DNA of 64,000 nucleotides from NCBI RefSeq assembly GCF_009914755.1, contig NC_060947.1; one strand, written 5' to 3'. How positions within the stretch are numbered: the stretch's first letter is position 1; each line of letters opens with the position of its first letter. A program made the position numbers and the translations under genes. This document shows, one piece after another, positions 1 to 20,424 of the stretch. The DNA is from the human T2T-CHM13v2.0 reference genome, Homo sapiens. The notes under the pieces were generated by a model. The model was not told the DNA's origin. It saw nothing but the letters and a program-made list of their open reading frames with translations, and did no database searches.

Positions 1-300
1 AGCAACACTAGAAATCAGATTCTCTACTTCTTAAGGTTTTATTGTTGCTTCTGTTTACTGATTTTGCTATTCATCTGTTTAAGTGACCTGGCTGAACTAA
101 TTTTTAAATTCTGTATTCTTTGTATTGTCTGGCCACTACAATCTCTATTCAGATAGCTTCGTGGTCAGCTAATGATTGAACAGATAGTTTCTTAACTGCA
201 TGGAACCAGTAAGTCTCTGTCTTTGCTGATGGGCTCCATATGCATACTGGAACATATCTTTAGTACTCAGCCAAATTGGGTGCTTTCACTGTTCTTCTGG
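1..300 (-). mobile_element. Ancient L1M (L1MD/L1ME-type) 5' region fragment; continues at ~6530-6839 and ~7871-8090
   Basis: Colinear degenerate similarity to 37490-38350, which lies 5' of a recognisable old L1 ORF1 on the - strand. Confidence 0.5.
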
Positions 301-539
301 AGATTTGGCTGTTATTTATTTATTTATAATTATTATTATACTTAAAGTTCTAGGGTACATGTGAACAATGTGCAGATTTGTTACATATGTATACATGTGC
401 CACGTTGGTATGCTGCACCCATTAAATCATCATTTACATTAGGTATTTCTCCTAATGCTATCCCTCCCCGCTTCCCCCCACCCCACAACAGGCCCTGGTG
501 TGTGATGTTCCCCACCCTGTGTCCATGTGATCTCATTGT

Positions 540-4347
<3,808 letters not shown>

Positions 4348-4407
4348 TATGATATCAGCTGGTTATTTTCCTCGTTAGTTGCGGTTTCTTCCTAGCATCG
4401 ATGGTCT

Positions 4408-5432
4408 TTCCAATTTGGCATGTTTTTGCGGTGGCTAGTACCGGTTGGTCCTTTCTATGTTTATTGCTTCCTTCAGGAGCTCTTGTAAGGCAGGCCTGGT
4501 GGTAACAAAATCTCTCAGCATTTGCTTGTCTGTAAAGGATTTTATTTCTCCTTCACTTATGAAGCTTAGTTTGGCTGGATATGAAATTCTGGGTTGAAAA
4601 TTCTTTTCTTTAAAAAGGTTGAATATTGGCCCCCACTCTATTCTGACTTGTAGAGTTTCTGCTGCGAGATCGCTGTTAGTCTGATGGGCTTCCCTTTGGG
4701 TGTAACCCAGCCTTTCTCTTTGGCTGCCCTTAACATTTTTTCCTTCATTTCAAGCTTGGTGAATCTGACAATTATGTTTCTTGGAGTTGCTCTTTTCAAG
4801 GAGTATCTTTGTGGCATTCTCTGTATTTCCTGAATTTGAATGTTGGCCTGCCTTGCCAGGTTGGGGAAGTTCTCCTGGATGATACCCTGAAGAGTGTTTT
4901 CCAAATGGGTTCCATTCTCCCCGTCACTTTCAGGTACACCAATCAAACGTAGATTTGGTCTTTTCACACGGTCCCATATTTCCTGGAGGCTTTTTTCATT
5001 TCTTTTTACTCTTTTTTCTCTAAACTTCTCTTCTTGCTTCATTTCATTTATTTGATCTTCAATCACTGATACCCTTTCTTCCACTTGATCGAATCAGCTA
5101 CTGAAGCTTGTGAATGCATCAGGTAGTTCTCGTCCCATGATTTTGAGCTCCATCAGGCCATTTAAGGTCTTCTTTACACTGTTTATGCTAGTTAGCCATT
5201 CGTCTAGTCTTTTTTCAAGGTTTTTAGCTTCCTTGCGATGAGTTCAAACATCCTCCTTTAGCTCAGACAAGTTCGTTATTACCGATCTTCTGAAGCCTAC
5301 TTCTGTCAACTCGTCAAGGTCACTCTCTGTCCAGCCTTGTTCCATTGCTGGTGAGGAGCTGTGATCCTTTGGAGGAGAAGAGGTGCTCTGGTTTTTAGAA
5401 TTTTCAGCTTTTCTGCTCTGGTTTCTCTCCAT
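4408..5432 (-). pseudogene. ORF1: Disrupted L1 ORF1
   Basis: MERNQSRKAENSKNQSTSSPPKD start (5244..5432) and SLQEIWDRVKRPNLRLIGVPE...QENFPNLARQ (4638..5084); split by stops/frameshifts. Confidence 0.93.
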
Positions 5433-6449
5433 CTTTGTGGTTTCATCTACCTTTGGTTTTTGACATTGGTGACTTACAGATGGGGTTTTGGTGTGGATGT
5501 CCTTTTTGTTGATGTTGATGCTATTCCTTTCTGTTTGTTAGTTTTCCTTCTAACAGTCAGGATCCTCAGCTGCAGATCTGTTGGACTTTGCTGGAGTTCA
5601 ACTCCAGACCCTGTTTGCCTGGGTATCACCAGTGGAGGCTGTAGAACAGCAAATATTGCAGAACAGCAAATGTTGCTGCCTGATCCGTCCTCTGGAAGCT
5701 TCACCTCAGAAGGGCTCCCAGCTGTATGAAGTGTCAGTTAGCCCCTACTGGGAGGCATCTCCCAGTTAGGCTACTCAGGGGTCAGGGACCCACTTGAGGA
5801 GGCAGTCTGTCCATTCTCACATCTCCCATTCTGGGAGAACCATGGCTCTCTTCAAAGCTGTCAGACAGGGATGTTTAAGTCTGCAGAAGTTTCTGCTGCC
5901 TTTTGTTCAGCTATGCCCTGCCCCCAGAGGTGGAGTCTACAGAGGCAGGCAGGCCTCATTGAGCTGCAGTGGGCTCCACCCAGTTCGAGCTTCCAGGCCA
6001 CTTTGTTTACCTAGTCAAGCCTCAGCAATGGTGGATGTCCCTACCCCAGCCTTGCTGCTGCCTCACAGTTTGATCTCGGACTACTGTGCTAGCAGTGAGC
6101 AAGGCTCCATGGGCATTGGACCTGCTGAGCCACGCACGGGATATAATCTCCTGGTTTGCTGTTGGCTGAGACCATTGGAATAGCACAGTATTAGGGTGGG
6201 AGTGTCCCAATTTTTCATCTGTTGCAGCTTCCCTTGGCTAGGAAAGGGAATTCCCCAACCCCTTGTGCTTCCCAGATGAGGCAATTCCCTGCCCTGCTTC
6301 GGCTCACACTCTGTGGGCTGAACCCACTCTCTAACCAGTCCCAATGAGATGAACCCTGTATCTCAGTTGGAAATGCAGAAATCACCCGTCTTCTGCATCA
6401 CTCATGCTGGGAGCTGTAGACTGGAGCTCTTCCTATTTGGCCATCTTGG
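5433..6449 (-). promoter_or_regulatory. L1 5'UTR (internal sense promoter and antisense promoter region)
   Basis: Upstream of ORF1; YY1-type CAAGATGGCC at the 5' end; many CpGs decayed. Activity cannot be shown from sequence. Confidence 0.7.
6028..6183 (+). pseudogene. ORF0: Truncated L1 ORF0 homolog (51 aa)
   Basis: MVDVPTPALLLPHSLISDYCASSEQGSMGIGPAEPRTGYNLLV resembles ORF0p MAGAPPPASLPPCSLISDCCASNQRDSVGVGPSEPGVGYSLVV; premature TAG at 6181-6183. Confidence 0.75.
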
Positions 6450-6839
6450 CTGCCTTTTGATTTTCTGTTTTTTCTTAAATGTTCTCCAGATTGTTGCAAC
6501 CCTTTGGTAATTTTTAATGATAGTTGAAAAATTTGGCCATAGCTCTTACTTTCTGTTTATACAGAGCCTTAAGCTCAGTCAGGGGTAAGACTTTAGGTCA
6601 TTCTCAGATCTACCCTGGATATGCTGGATGTCTTGTGGATATCCTGGATATTTCTGGGTGTGCATATAGCCCCATACATACACATGGCCTTTTAGTTTCT
6701 GAAGGATATGTTAGAGAATTTGGAAGGCCCCTGTAGGCATCTCATTTTCTAAGTTTTTCTTTTTAGCTGTTTTATGTGATTGCTGTTTGCTCCCACTGTT
6801 ATCTCCACTTGAAGAAGCTATGATATTAAGTAATTTCTT

Positions 6840-7870
6840 CCAATGTTTATTTTTATGTGTCAATTTGGGTTAAAAGATGCCCAAATAGCTGGTAAAACAT
6901 TGTCTACTGTGTCTATGAGTGTGTTTCAGGAAAAGATTAGCATTTTAATCAACAGAAAGAGTAAAGAAGATTGCCATCACCAATGTTGGGAAAGTTAATG
7001 GGCATCATCCAATTCATTCAGGACCCAAATAGAACAAAAAGGTAGAGGAATGGTAAACTCCTTTTGTCTGTTTGAGGTAAGACATCTATTTTCTGCTCTC
7101 AGATAAACTGTGTTCCTGGTTCTCAGGCCTTCAAACTTAAGACTAGGAATTATACCATTGTCCCCTCATCCTCCAGAGTTCCCCCCACATTCTCAACCAT
7201 TTGGACTCAGACTGAATTACACCACTGTCTTTTCTAGTTTTCTAGTTCTCCAGCTTGCAGAGGGAAGACTGTGGGACTTCTGGGCCTTCATAATCACATG
7301 AACCAATTTCTTTACTCTCTCTCACTCTCTCTCTCTCCATACATCTCCATACACACACATATATAGATAAATAGATGCTTCAAAATTTACAGTGGGGTAG
7401 TATTCTGATAAACCCATTGTACACTGAAAATATTGTAAGTTGAAATACATTTAACACACCAAACATACCAAATATCACAGCTTAGCCTAGCCTGCTATGA
7501 ACATGTACAGAGCACTTATATTAGCCTACAGTTGGACAAAATCATCTGCCAGCACAGTACACTGTAGATTATCAGTTGTTTACCTTCCTGATCATGTGGC
7601 TGACTCGGAGCTATGGCTTGCTGCCACTACCCAGCATTGCAAGAGAATATTGTGTCACATATTGCTAGCCCATGAAAAAAATAAAAAATCAAAATTCAAA
7701 GTACAGTTTCTACTGAACTTATATTGCTTATGCAACATCATAAAGTTTAAAAATCATAAGTTGAACCATCATGAGTTAGAGACAATCTGTGTGTGTGTAT
7801 GTGCACACGCACATGTATGCCATTATATATACTATTGGTTCTGTTTCTCTGGAGAACCGTGACCAGTACA
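6840..7870 (+). mobile_element. MLT2B-type ERVL solo LTR, interrupted by MER47B
   Basis: TTTTATGTGTCAA...GATGCCCAAATAGCTGGTAAAACAT start; TATTGGTTCTGTTTCTCTGGAGAACC...TACA end. Confidence 0.85.
7372..7789 (+). mobile_element. MER47B (TcMar-Tigger non-autonomous DNA transposon)
   Basis: TAGATGCTT...GATAAACCCATTGTA start; GCTTAGCCTAGCC and GTGGCTGACTCGGAGCT core; ends GACAATCTG; ~418 bp. Confidence 0.8.
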
Positions 7871-8119
7871 CTGCTGAATATCTTGACAAACAGCTTTAGA
7901 AAGTTGGTCATGCTGGTTGAGCTCTGAGTCAGGCCAAATAAAAATAAGACTTGTGAGTGAGAGTTTCCAGGGACCTGCCAGAAAGGTCAAATGATGGCAA
8001 TTATTTGAAACCAGGCTCTTGAAAGAGCTTCAACATATTCTGATTCCTACAGTATCCCTAGGCTGCTGGTTTTGACTGTGATTTCACAATTTATTTTTTT
8101 AATTTAATTTTTTAAATAT

Positions 8120-8720
8120 TTTGTTTAATGGATCATGATTTTTGTGTTGTGTCTAAACTCTCATTGTCAAACCTAAGGTTACCTAGATTTTCTCCTGTTA
8201 TCTCTAGAAGTTTTATAGTTTGGTGTCATAGGTTTAGGTCTATGAACTATTTAGAATTTTTTGTTAAAAGGTTTAAATTTGGTGTCTGGATTCATTTTTT
8301 TCTTTTGCATGTGAATATCCACTTATCCCAGTACTATTAGTTGAAAAGGCTCTCCTTTCTCCATTGAATTGCCTTTAACTGAAGACCATTTGACTATATT
8401 AATGTGGGTCTCTTTTGAGAGTTCTATTATGTTTCATTAATATATTTTCTTTCACCAATACTACATCACCTTGATTACTGTGGATTTATAATAAGTTATA
8501 AAATTGGATAGCATCTGTGCTCCAACTTGATTTTTCTTCTTTGATAATAACGTTGATAATTCTAGGTCTTTTGCCTTTATATATAAACTTTATAATCAAT
8601 TTGTTGATATCCACTAAGTAAGTTGCTGGGATTTTTATCAAAGTGGCATTCAATCTGTAGATCAGTTTGGAAAGAAATTTTAACTTTGTGCAGTATTTAT
8701 TCTTCATATCCATCAGCATA
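8120..8720 (-). mobile_element. Old L1 (L1MC/L1MB-like) ORF2 3' fragment
   Basis: ORF 8486..8719 LSKLIYRLNATLIKIP...KLIIKFIYKGKRPRI matches ORF2 [16 protein letters not shown]...KFIW. Confidence 0.75.
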
Positions 8721-9664
8721 TATTATATCTTCCAAGAATAATGTTTCTTTCATATGCTCTGATCTTATTTGTTGTATAGAAAAAAATCTTCAAATATCTG
8801 ACACTATAGATAACCAGACACTTGCTTGTTACTCAAGATGATAGCTACAATATTTTGATTATTCACTGTATACAGTGTTGATGCTATTCAATAACAATGT
8901 TGAGAAACAGTAATCTAAGATATATTACCATGACTTACTCTAGTTTGACATCTAAATTAAACCAAGGCTTAGTTTGATAATTCAGTGAATATTAATATTG
9001 TCCAAGCATCCACTACATATTTAATGTGCAACACTATGGTTTTTTACTGCGTGATGTAGTGAACAAGAGTGTATCAGGCCAGTAAAACTAGGAAAGGTGT
9101 TTTTTTAGTCATCCAGAAAAAATGGTTATTCCTTGTTATTTAGTTTTTCATTGTAAGGGACAGAGGGTAAAACATTGCATTTTTCATTTGTGGAATGTGT
9201 AATGCTCATAATACCCTGACTCCCAGAGCATCCTGGAGATATTTAATAAAAATTACTGGAGAGACAGCAAAAGCTTTCTTTATATTCTTTCCAGACCGTA
9301 TTATTAGGGAGCTATCAGTCGAATCATACCTAGCTACACTTTTGGTGGGATAGTAAGGCTGATTGTGAAAAAGTTAGAATATATTTTCATGGCCCAAGAT
9401 TAGTAAGATTATTTAACAGAGAAATATTCCTCTAATCATTGATATCGGTACAGAAAGTTTGACATATGTCCACAGCACATAAGTTACTCCCATTAGCTTG
9501 AATACACACGAAGAAAAGTGCAAAGCTACTTTCCAGTTTTTCTATCCCTGCCCGTTTAATTGGGAGAGGAAAAATAAATTAATAATATTTTTCACTATTC
9601 AGAAGACATAGAAGGTCAGAGTCAGATAAAGGTTTAAGTGTCTATTAACTAAAATTAATTAGTT

Positions 9665-9976
<312 letters not shown>

Positions 9977-11775
9977 TTACTTGCATATATTCATAAAAAT
10001 TTTCTGGTTAAATGTGTAAATACTCTTAGACACATGATGAAAGTGTTAGCACGTCCAGGATTTAGTAACGTGGTTATATATTCTTTGGTGTCATTGAGAT
10101 AGAAATATAATTAGAAATTTTGTAACTGAAAGTAAAGAGTGTTAGCTGAATGCAATATTACAGTATTTAGGTATATACAGAGAAGATTAGGAGACTGCCT
10201 ACGATATGTCTCAACTTTCTATCTCTCTCAGTAATTAAAATCTAGTTATTCAGCAATCACACTAAAGGTACAAGTTACTTTGAGCCCTTAGTATAATCAA
10301 TGTATGTAGAATATAGTATATTCCAAGAATAAAACTCTATTACATACTATTCAGTTTACCTTTCTAAAGAAATGACTTCAGAAATGTGAGCATAATTCTT
10401 AAATTAAGTGAACACATTTTGTCCCTGTTTCAGTAGTTGAGTAAAAGTATGATCATGGCCAGCAATTCACTGACTATTAAAGAAGCTATAATAGTCCACT
10501 GGCTGAGCTATTCTTTTAACTAGCAAAATCTGACCTTTAAGTGGGTACTATCCTTTTAAATTGCTTTATCTTGTATTTTTGTAACACTGTTTTTTTTTTT
10601 TTTCTTGGCACACAATGACCCTTCTTCATTGAAAATCTCATATGCATTTCTTGGAAGATAGACAACAACGTTAATAGTAGAAATATAAAATTAATTTCAG
10701 TTATACAAACCAAAAGAGATATGGACCATAGTCATTAAAGAAGGATCTTGTTTGCTGGATTTATTATCTTTTGCTCCAAGCTCATTAAGAAAGAGTCCAG
10801 CAAAGGGCTAAGGTCTCAATTAATTTTAATGGGCATGACCAAGGTTTAATAGAGTATGTGTTTTAATTGCCTTGAGATTACGTTAAATTGTAGCCTTAGT
10901 TGGCTATTGATAGAAATGAGATTTTGATCAAGAGGGACAAAATACTTCTCTAAAAAAAATTGATAAAGCTGTTTACCTATGTAAAAGTGCATTGTTTTGC
11001 CTAGGAAATGTATTCATTAATATGAACTTCTAAAATAAACTACGAAAACTGGCCCAACACCAAATATTATATGATCAATTTTCAAATGCAGATGCTGATC
11101 CAAATATAGCAGGTGTTGAATACAAAAACCCATCTGCCATCACATTCTTCGTGACTATATAGGTAAATCATACAAGGCTCAGAATATCTGTGTCATGAAT
11201 GGCAAGCCGTATAATTTAAAAACACTTTTAAATCCCTTTCTTGTAGCCTTCAATTATCAAACTAGCCAATCAAACATTTTGGTGGGACATGAGTGTTACT
11301 TTTTCAAAATGGAATTGGGTAAAATTAAAAAAAAAATTAAGAGGCTTGCAGTTTGGTTTAGGTAGTTTGGTCAGTTGCCAATAAAATGAATGCTGTAATG
11401 AATAAGTTCATCTTCAGGGCTATTGGCTAAGCAAAACTGCCTAAGCACTTTAGACATTTTGGAAAGCTAAACTTCTGTGAATAATAGAAAATGAAAACAA
11501 TCTACTCATAGGAATATGATTTCATTCTCAGTAGATAAACAAATTAACTGTCATATAATTATTTTCAGTGAAAGGAAGAGCAGACCTATAGGAAAGACAC
11601 TGGGGAAAGTTCTATATTTTCTAATAATTCATGATTTTCATTGCTAAAATGAGTTATTTAAAATTGTATTTAAATATCAAACGATATTATCTCAGTCGTT
11701 TAGAACACAGCAATAATGAGGCCAGTGTTGCCAGGGTTGTTTACTTATGTATGTGTGTGTCGGGCGGAGGGGGAG

Positions 11776-12553
<778 letters not shown>

Positions 12554-13619
12554 TCAAACTCCAATGTAAATACTTTTTTCTAATCATCATTTATGATCTC
12601 AACAAAGCTTAACATTCAATTTAGATGATTGACAGGTGATCTAGTAATTGAGAGAGCTAAATTTGGTGAGTGTCAGGAACACCTGTACCTGACCTCGCAG
12701 AAGTAAGGAAACACCTGCCTTGGGTTGTCTTAACTACTTATTATGTCTTCCACAATCGCTGGGACTTATTTTGAATTGACATTCGTATTCAACTTGCCTT
12801 GGCAAACCAGTACAAATATTAATTTGTTATCAGGCACTTTATATTCTGGGTGTGTGACTTCTCCAGGTAATGGCAAAATTAGTGCAATGGACTTGGATTA
12901 TTTTGCACTAACTCTGACAACATCAAATGTGTCTGTCTACAGGGTGAGTGTTCCTTTTTGGTGCTCAGGCTGAGCTTGGTAATGACTATAAAATCAACAC
13001 AGCTATTTATAAATGATATATGGAATTTAAAACTCTCTGTCAACTGCACTCAGGGAATGCAGAGTAGAATAGAGCTGCTCTGGAATTTAGTTCCTGCATG
13101 TCTTTATATGATGCCATATCAAGAAAAGGTATACAGAAACTCAGCAAATTTGGGAGAACTAAACTTTATTGCAGTCTTTCATATTTTTGTTTGACTCTTT
13201 TCTATGTTTATTTTAAAATATAATATATGCTTTAATTGTGAAATTTAGAACAATAGTAAATGTTAATGTGTAAATCTTTGAAAACAAGAAGAGGAAATAG
13301 AGTATTTGAAATTTTTGTTGGGTACAATTTATTTCTCCTCACAAAGGTCCTTCTCACTATCTGTTATTAAATGACCTGAATAGCATATATATCTGCTGGT
13401 CTGTATACCTTTAATTGTCTTCTTATATTTCATTATTGTATTTTTCTATGTATAATCAATACTAATGCAAGGTATATTAACTTGATATCTCTTGAGTCCA
13501 TACATTGAGTGAAATAAGCAGTCAGTTTGCGGAAGGGAGAAGAGAATCAAGTAATTTTCTTAGTCAAAAGTCAAGCCAGTATCTTTTGGGAGAGTCTCCT
13601 TTCTGATACCTCAGAATAA

Positions 13620-13873
13620 CAGTTGTTGAGAGTTTAAAAACTAGAGATTGCCAGGGTCTGAATTCTGGCTCCAACACTTATTAATTATATGTTCATAGAC
13701 AAATTAATCACATTTTTTTTGCTTTGGTTTCTTTACCTATAAAATTATCATATATTAGCACTTACACCTTTATTGTGAAGATTATTTTGAGGATTAAATG
13801 GATGATATATGCAACACTCTTTGTTTAATACCTGATGTGTAGAGAGCTGAGTAACAGATGGTATCACTGTTAT
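13620..13873 (+). mobile_element. MIR
   Basis: GGGTCTGAATTCTGGCTCCAACACTTA; TTGGTTTCTTTACCTATAAAAT core; TGAGGATTAAATG. Confidence 0.65.
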
Positions 13874-14304
13874 CCTCTCCTACTAGAACCTTGTGAAGTA
13901 TCAGTATAGCAAAGAAAGAAGACACATGAAATGAGAAATACATTTCAAAATTAAACAATGCTTTCATCTTCACATATTTTTAGTTCTACCTTAAAACTTT
14001 ATATGGTTAAATAGATGTATTAGTCAAGGTTGATTACATTTGATACTTTACCTTTTTTCTATATTAAAAATAATGCTATTATAATTTTGATTTCACTGGA
14101 GGTAATGAATAGTGTTAAATAAAATATTTTTAACACCCTTTGTGACTTTTCTTCAAAGACATATGACAGAAGCTGATACTGAATATGCCTGAAATCTATA
14201 AAAGTTGCAAATGCTACCTATGGATTAGGCAAAAATAAACTGGTTCATAATATCCCTGAACTTCAAAATTAAAGGGTTCATTTTGGAAAACTCAGTAGTG
14301 GTTC

Positions 14305-14609
14305 TTTTTTTTTTTTTTTTCTGTATGAGACAGGAGTCACACTGTCATTCAGGCTGCAGTGCAGTAGTATGATCTCGGCTCAATGCAACTTCCACCTCCC
14401 AGGGTTCAAACAATCCTCCCACCTCAGCCTCCCGAGTAGCTGGGACCACAGGTACACACCACCATGTCAGGCTAATTTTTTGTATTTTTGCTAGAGATGG
14501 GGTTTTGCCGTGTTTGCCAGGCTGGTCTCAAACTCCTGACCTCAGGCAACCTACCCACCTTGGCCTCCCAAAGTGCTGAGATTACAGGTGTGAGCCACCA
14601 TGCCCTGGC
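14305..14609 (-). mobile_element. Old Alu (AluJb-like)
   Basis: Poly-T then the Alu dimer in reverse, with AATCCTCCCACCTCAGCC and CCCAAAGTGCTGAGATTACAGGTGTGAGCCACC. Confidence 0.9.
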
Positions 14610-17184
14610 AATAGTTGACCTATTTTATACAGCAAATATTAAATCGATGAAACTTACTATCCAAAGAGAACTCACAGAATAGGAATATATATTTACTCTG
14701 AATTGTTTAGTAAATTTATAGATTGTAAAGACAAAATAACATCCGTTAAAAAACTAGAATTGTGTGAAAGAAACATATGCTCTCCCCAACATGACTTTCC
14801 AGAGCTTTAGTCAAAATCTTTATGAACAATGATGAAGACACAGTATATCCACAGTGAATATGGTGTTTTTAGAAGCTCACAGTATTTTTGAATTTTCTTA
14901 TTTACTGGAATACTTTTGGTAAAATAACAAATAGCTCCTTTGGAAATAGATGCAAGGATGTATATTTAGAGACAGCCAAAGTCTTCCATTTTCTTTCATA
15001 AATGGGATGTTGGTGAACATAATCTGAAAACATGCAAAGATTTAGAAAGTATTCTGATAATGTAGAAAGAATTAGAAAATGGATGCATTAACCAACACAA
15101 AACACTTTTAAATGAAAAGATGATTTTAAATAACATTTTAAGAAATTATCCTTAAAATATGGAAGAAATTTGATGCAAAATGTTGGATATTCTCTCTTCC
15201 AAATGGAAGTAGCATTTACTCATATAATTGAAAATCATTTTTGAAAACAATTTAATTACTTTAAAAACTGCATTATGTTACTCTATAATAATTTATTTTT
15301 TAAATTTGGCATTTGTAATTTTTATAGGTATGTAGTACATATATATATATTCATTAGGTACATGAGATAATTTGATACAGGTATACGATGTGTAATAATT
15401 ATATCAGAGTAAACTGGATATACATCACCTCAAGCATTCACCATACCCTACTGTTACAAACATCCCAATTGTACTTCCTCAGTTATTCTAAAATGTAAAA
15501 AATTTATTGCTTACTGTACTCACCCTGTTGTACTATCCAATAGTAGATCTAATTCATTGCATGTAGCTATATTTTTGTATCCATGAACCATTCCCATTTC
15601 CTTCCCCCTCCCAACTACCCTTCTCAGCCTCTAGTAACCATCATTCTACTCGCGATCTCCATGAGTTCAACTGTTTAAATTTTTAGCTCCTATAAATAAG
15701 TGAGAACATGTGAAGTTTGTCTTTCTGTGCCTGGTTTATTTAACTTAACATAATGAATAATCAGTTCCATCGATGTTGTTGCAAAAGACAGGATCTCATT
15801 TCTTTTTACAGTTGAATAGCACTCCATTGTGTATATGTACCACATATTCTTTATCTATTTCTCTATTGATGGACACTTAGGTTGTTTCCAAATCTTGGCT
15901 GTTGTGAATAGTGCTGCAAGAAACATGGGAGTGCAGATAGCTCTTCAATATGCTGATTTTTTTAATTTGGTATATACCTAGGAGTGAGATTGCTGGATCA
16001 TATGGTAGTTGAGGAAACTCCATAGTGTTCTCCATAGTGATTGTACTAATTTATATTCCCACTAACAGTGTACAAGTGTTCCCTTTTCTCCACATACTGG
16101 ATAGCATTTGTTAGTGCCTGTGTTTTGGATATAAGCCATTTTAACTGGGGTGAGATGGTCTCTCATTGTAGTTTTGATTTGCATTTCTTTGATGATCAAC
16201 GTTAATCACCTTTTCATATGCTTGTTTGCCATTTGTATGTCTTCTTTTGAGAAATGCCTATTCAAATCTTTTCTCTATTTTTTTATCAGATTATTAGTTT
16301 TTTTATAGAGTTGTTTGAGCTTCTTATTTATTTTGGTTATTAATGCCTTGTCAGATTGGTAGTTTGCAAATATTTTCCCCCATTCTGTAGGTTTTCTCTT
16401 CACTTTGTTGATAGCTTCTTTCGCTGTGCAGAAGCTTTTTGACTTTATTTAATTCCATTTTTCTATTTTTGCTTTGGTTGCCTGTGCTTGTGCGGTATTA
16501 ATGAATAATTTTTCCCCAGAGGACCATCCTACAATTTCCTCAATATTTTATTGTAATAGTTTCACAGTCCGTGGTCTCAGATTTAAGCCTTTAATACATT
16601 TTGAGTTGATTTTTATATATGATGAGAAATAGGGGTCTAGTTTCCTTCTTCTACATATCTAGATACAGTTTCACCAGCACCATTTGGGAAGAGACTGTCC
16701 TTTCCCAATGTACCTTCTTGGCTCCTTTGCTGAAAATAAGTTAACCGTAGATGTATGGATTTTTTGCTGGGTTCTCTTTTCTGTTCTATTTGTTCATGCG
16801 TCTGTTATTATGCCAGTACCATGCTGTTATTTTCACGATACCTCTGTAGCACAATTCAAGGTCAGGTAATGTGATTCCTCCAGTTTTGTTCTTTTTGCTC
16901 AGAGTGGCTTTGGCTATTCTGGGTCTTTAAATGGCTTGATAAAAATATTAGAATTATTTTTTATGTTTCTGTGAAGAATATCATCGGTATTTTGAGAGGG
17001 ATTGCATTGAACCTGTAGATTGCTTTGAGTAGTATTGACATTTTAACAATATTGACTCTTCCAATCTATAAACATGGAATAGCTTTCCTTTCTTTTGTGT
17101 CCTCTCCAACTTATTGCTCCAATGCTTTATCGTTTTCAATATAGAGATCTTTCATTTCCTAGGATAAGTTAATTCCTAGGTATC

Positions 17185-18792
<1,608 letters not shown>

Positions 18793-20424
18793 TATTTTTT
18801 GTAGTTATGGTAAATGGGATTATTTCCAATTTGATTATCAGATAGTTCACTGTTGGCATAAAGAAATACTACTGATTTCTTATGTTTATTTGTATCCTAC
18901 AACTTAATTTTTTTATTAGCTCTTATAGTGTTTCATTGGAGTCATTAGATTTTTCCACATATAAGATCATATCATCTGCAAACAAGGATAACGCTATTTC
19001 TCCCTTTCCAATTTGGATGCCCTATATTTCTTTCTCTTGTCTGATTGTTCTAGCTAGGACTTTCAGTAATATCTTGAATAACAGTGGTATAAGTAGGTAT
19101 AAGAACGACCCACTGGTTATTCAGGAGCATATTGTTTAATTTCCATGTGTTTTTATGGTTTCCAAAATTCCTCTTGATGCTGATTTCTAGTTCTATTTAT
19201 TATTATTGTGGTCGGAAAAGATACTAGATATATTATAATTTCATTATTTTTGAATCTTTGAAGACCTGTGGCCTAACATATGGTCTATCCTTGAGTATAA
19301 TCCATGTGCTGAGAGGAAGAATGCATATTCCGCAGCTATTGCATGAAATGTTCTGTAAATACCCAATAGGTCCATTTCATCCATAATGCATATTAAGTCC
19401 GATGTTTCTTTGTTGATTTTCTGTATGGATGATCTGTACAATGCTGAAAGTGGAGTGTTGAAATCTCCAACAATTATTGTGTTGGGATCTGTCTCTCTTT
19501 TTAGCTCTAATAACATTTGTTTACATATCTGGGTGCTCTACTGTTGGGTACGTATATACTTAGAATTGTTGTATCCTCTTATTGAATTGATATTTCTGAA
19601 TTTCTCATTATATAATGACCTTATTTGACTCTTTCTATAGTTTTTGTCTGGAAATCTATTTTATTCAATAAATAGAGCTATTCCTCCTCTTTTATGCTGT
19701 CTGTTAGCATGGAATATCTCTTTTTACCCCATTATTTTCATTCTACATCTGTTTTTGTAGGTGAAGTGAGTTTCCTACAGCCAATAGATCATTTGGTCTC
19801 GTTTTTTTTTTCATTTATTCATGCACTCTTTGTCTTTCTATTGGACTTTCAATTTTGTTTACCTTCAATGTTGCTACTGGTAAGTAGGTACTTTGCACTG
19901 CTATTTTGGTATCTGTTTTGTTTGTTTTGTTGTCTTCTTTTTTCCTTCCTTCCCATCTTCTATTTTTGAAATTGATTTTTTCTGTTGGTATGTTTACATT
20001 TCTTAATTTATATAATTTTTGTATCTGTTTCTGGTTTTGCAATTAGAGGTTACCATGAGGTTTCCAAATCATATAACCCATTATTTTAAACTGATGATAA
20101 CTTATCTTTGATGGCAAAGACAGTTAAATTAACAAACAAATAAAGAGAAAACTAACCAAAACTCTGCATTTTAACTTTATCTGTCTGACTTTTTAACTTT
20201 TTATTTTTTCTATTTATATATCATTGTACTATCTATGTCTTAAAAAGCTGTAGTTATTATTTTTGGTATATTCATCTATGAGTCTACCTACTTAAGATAT
20301 AAGTAGTTTACATACCACAATTAGAGTGTTACAATAATCTGTATTTGTCTGTCTACTTACTATTACCAGTTTGTTTTGTACCTTAGGATGATTTCCTCTT
20401 GCTCGTTAAGATCTTTGTCTTTCT

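Noticed and set aside
6615-6658. Short degenerate TGGAT(AT) repeats
   Set aside because: Four imperfect units within an old L1; minor slippage product.
19086-19106. GGTATAAG x2 at the L1MA deletion junction as a templated insertion
   Set aside because: Can equally be read as diverged L1 consensus (GGTGAAAGTGGGCAT); not resolvable by eye.
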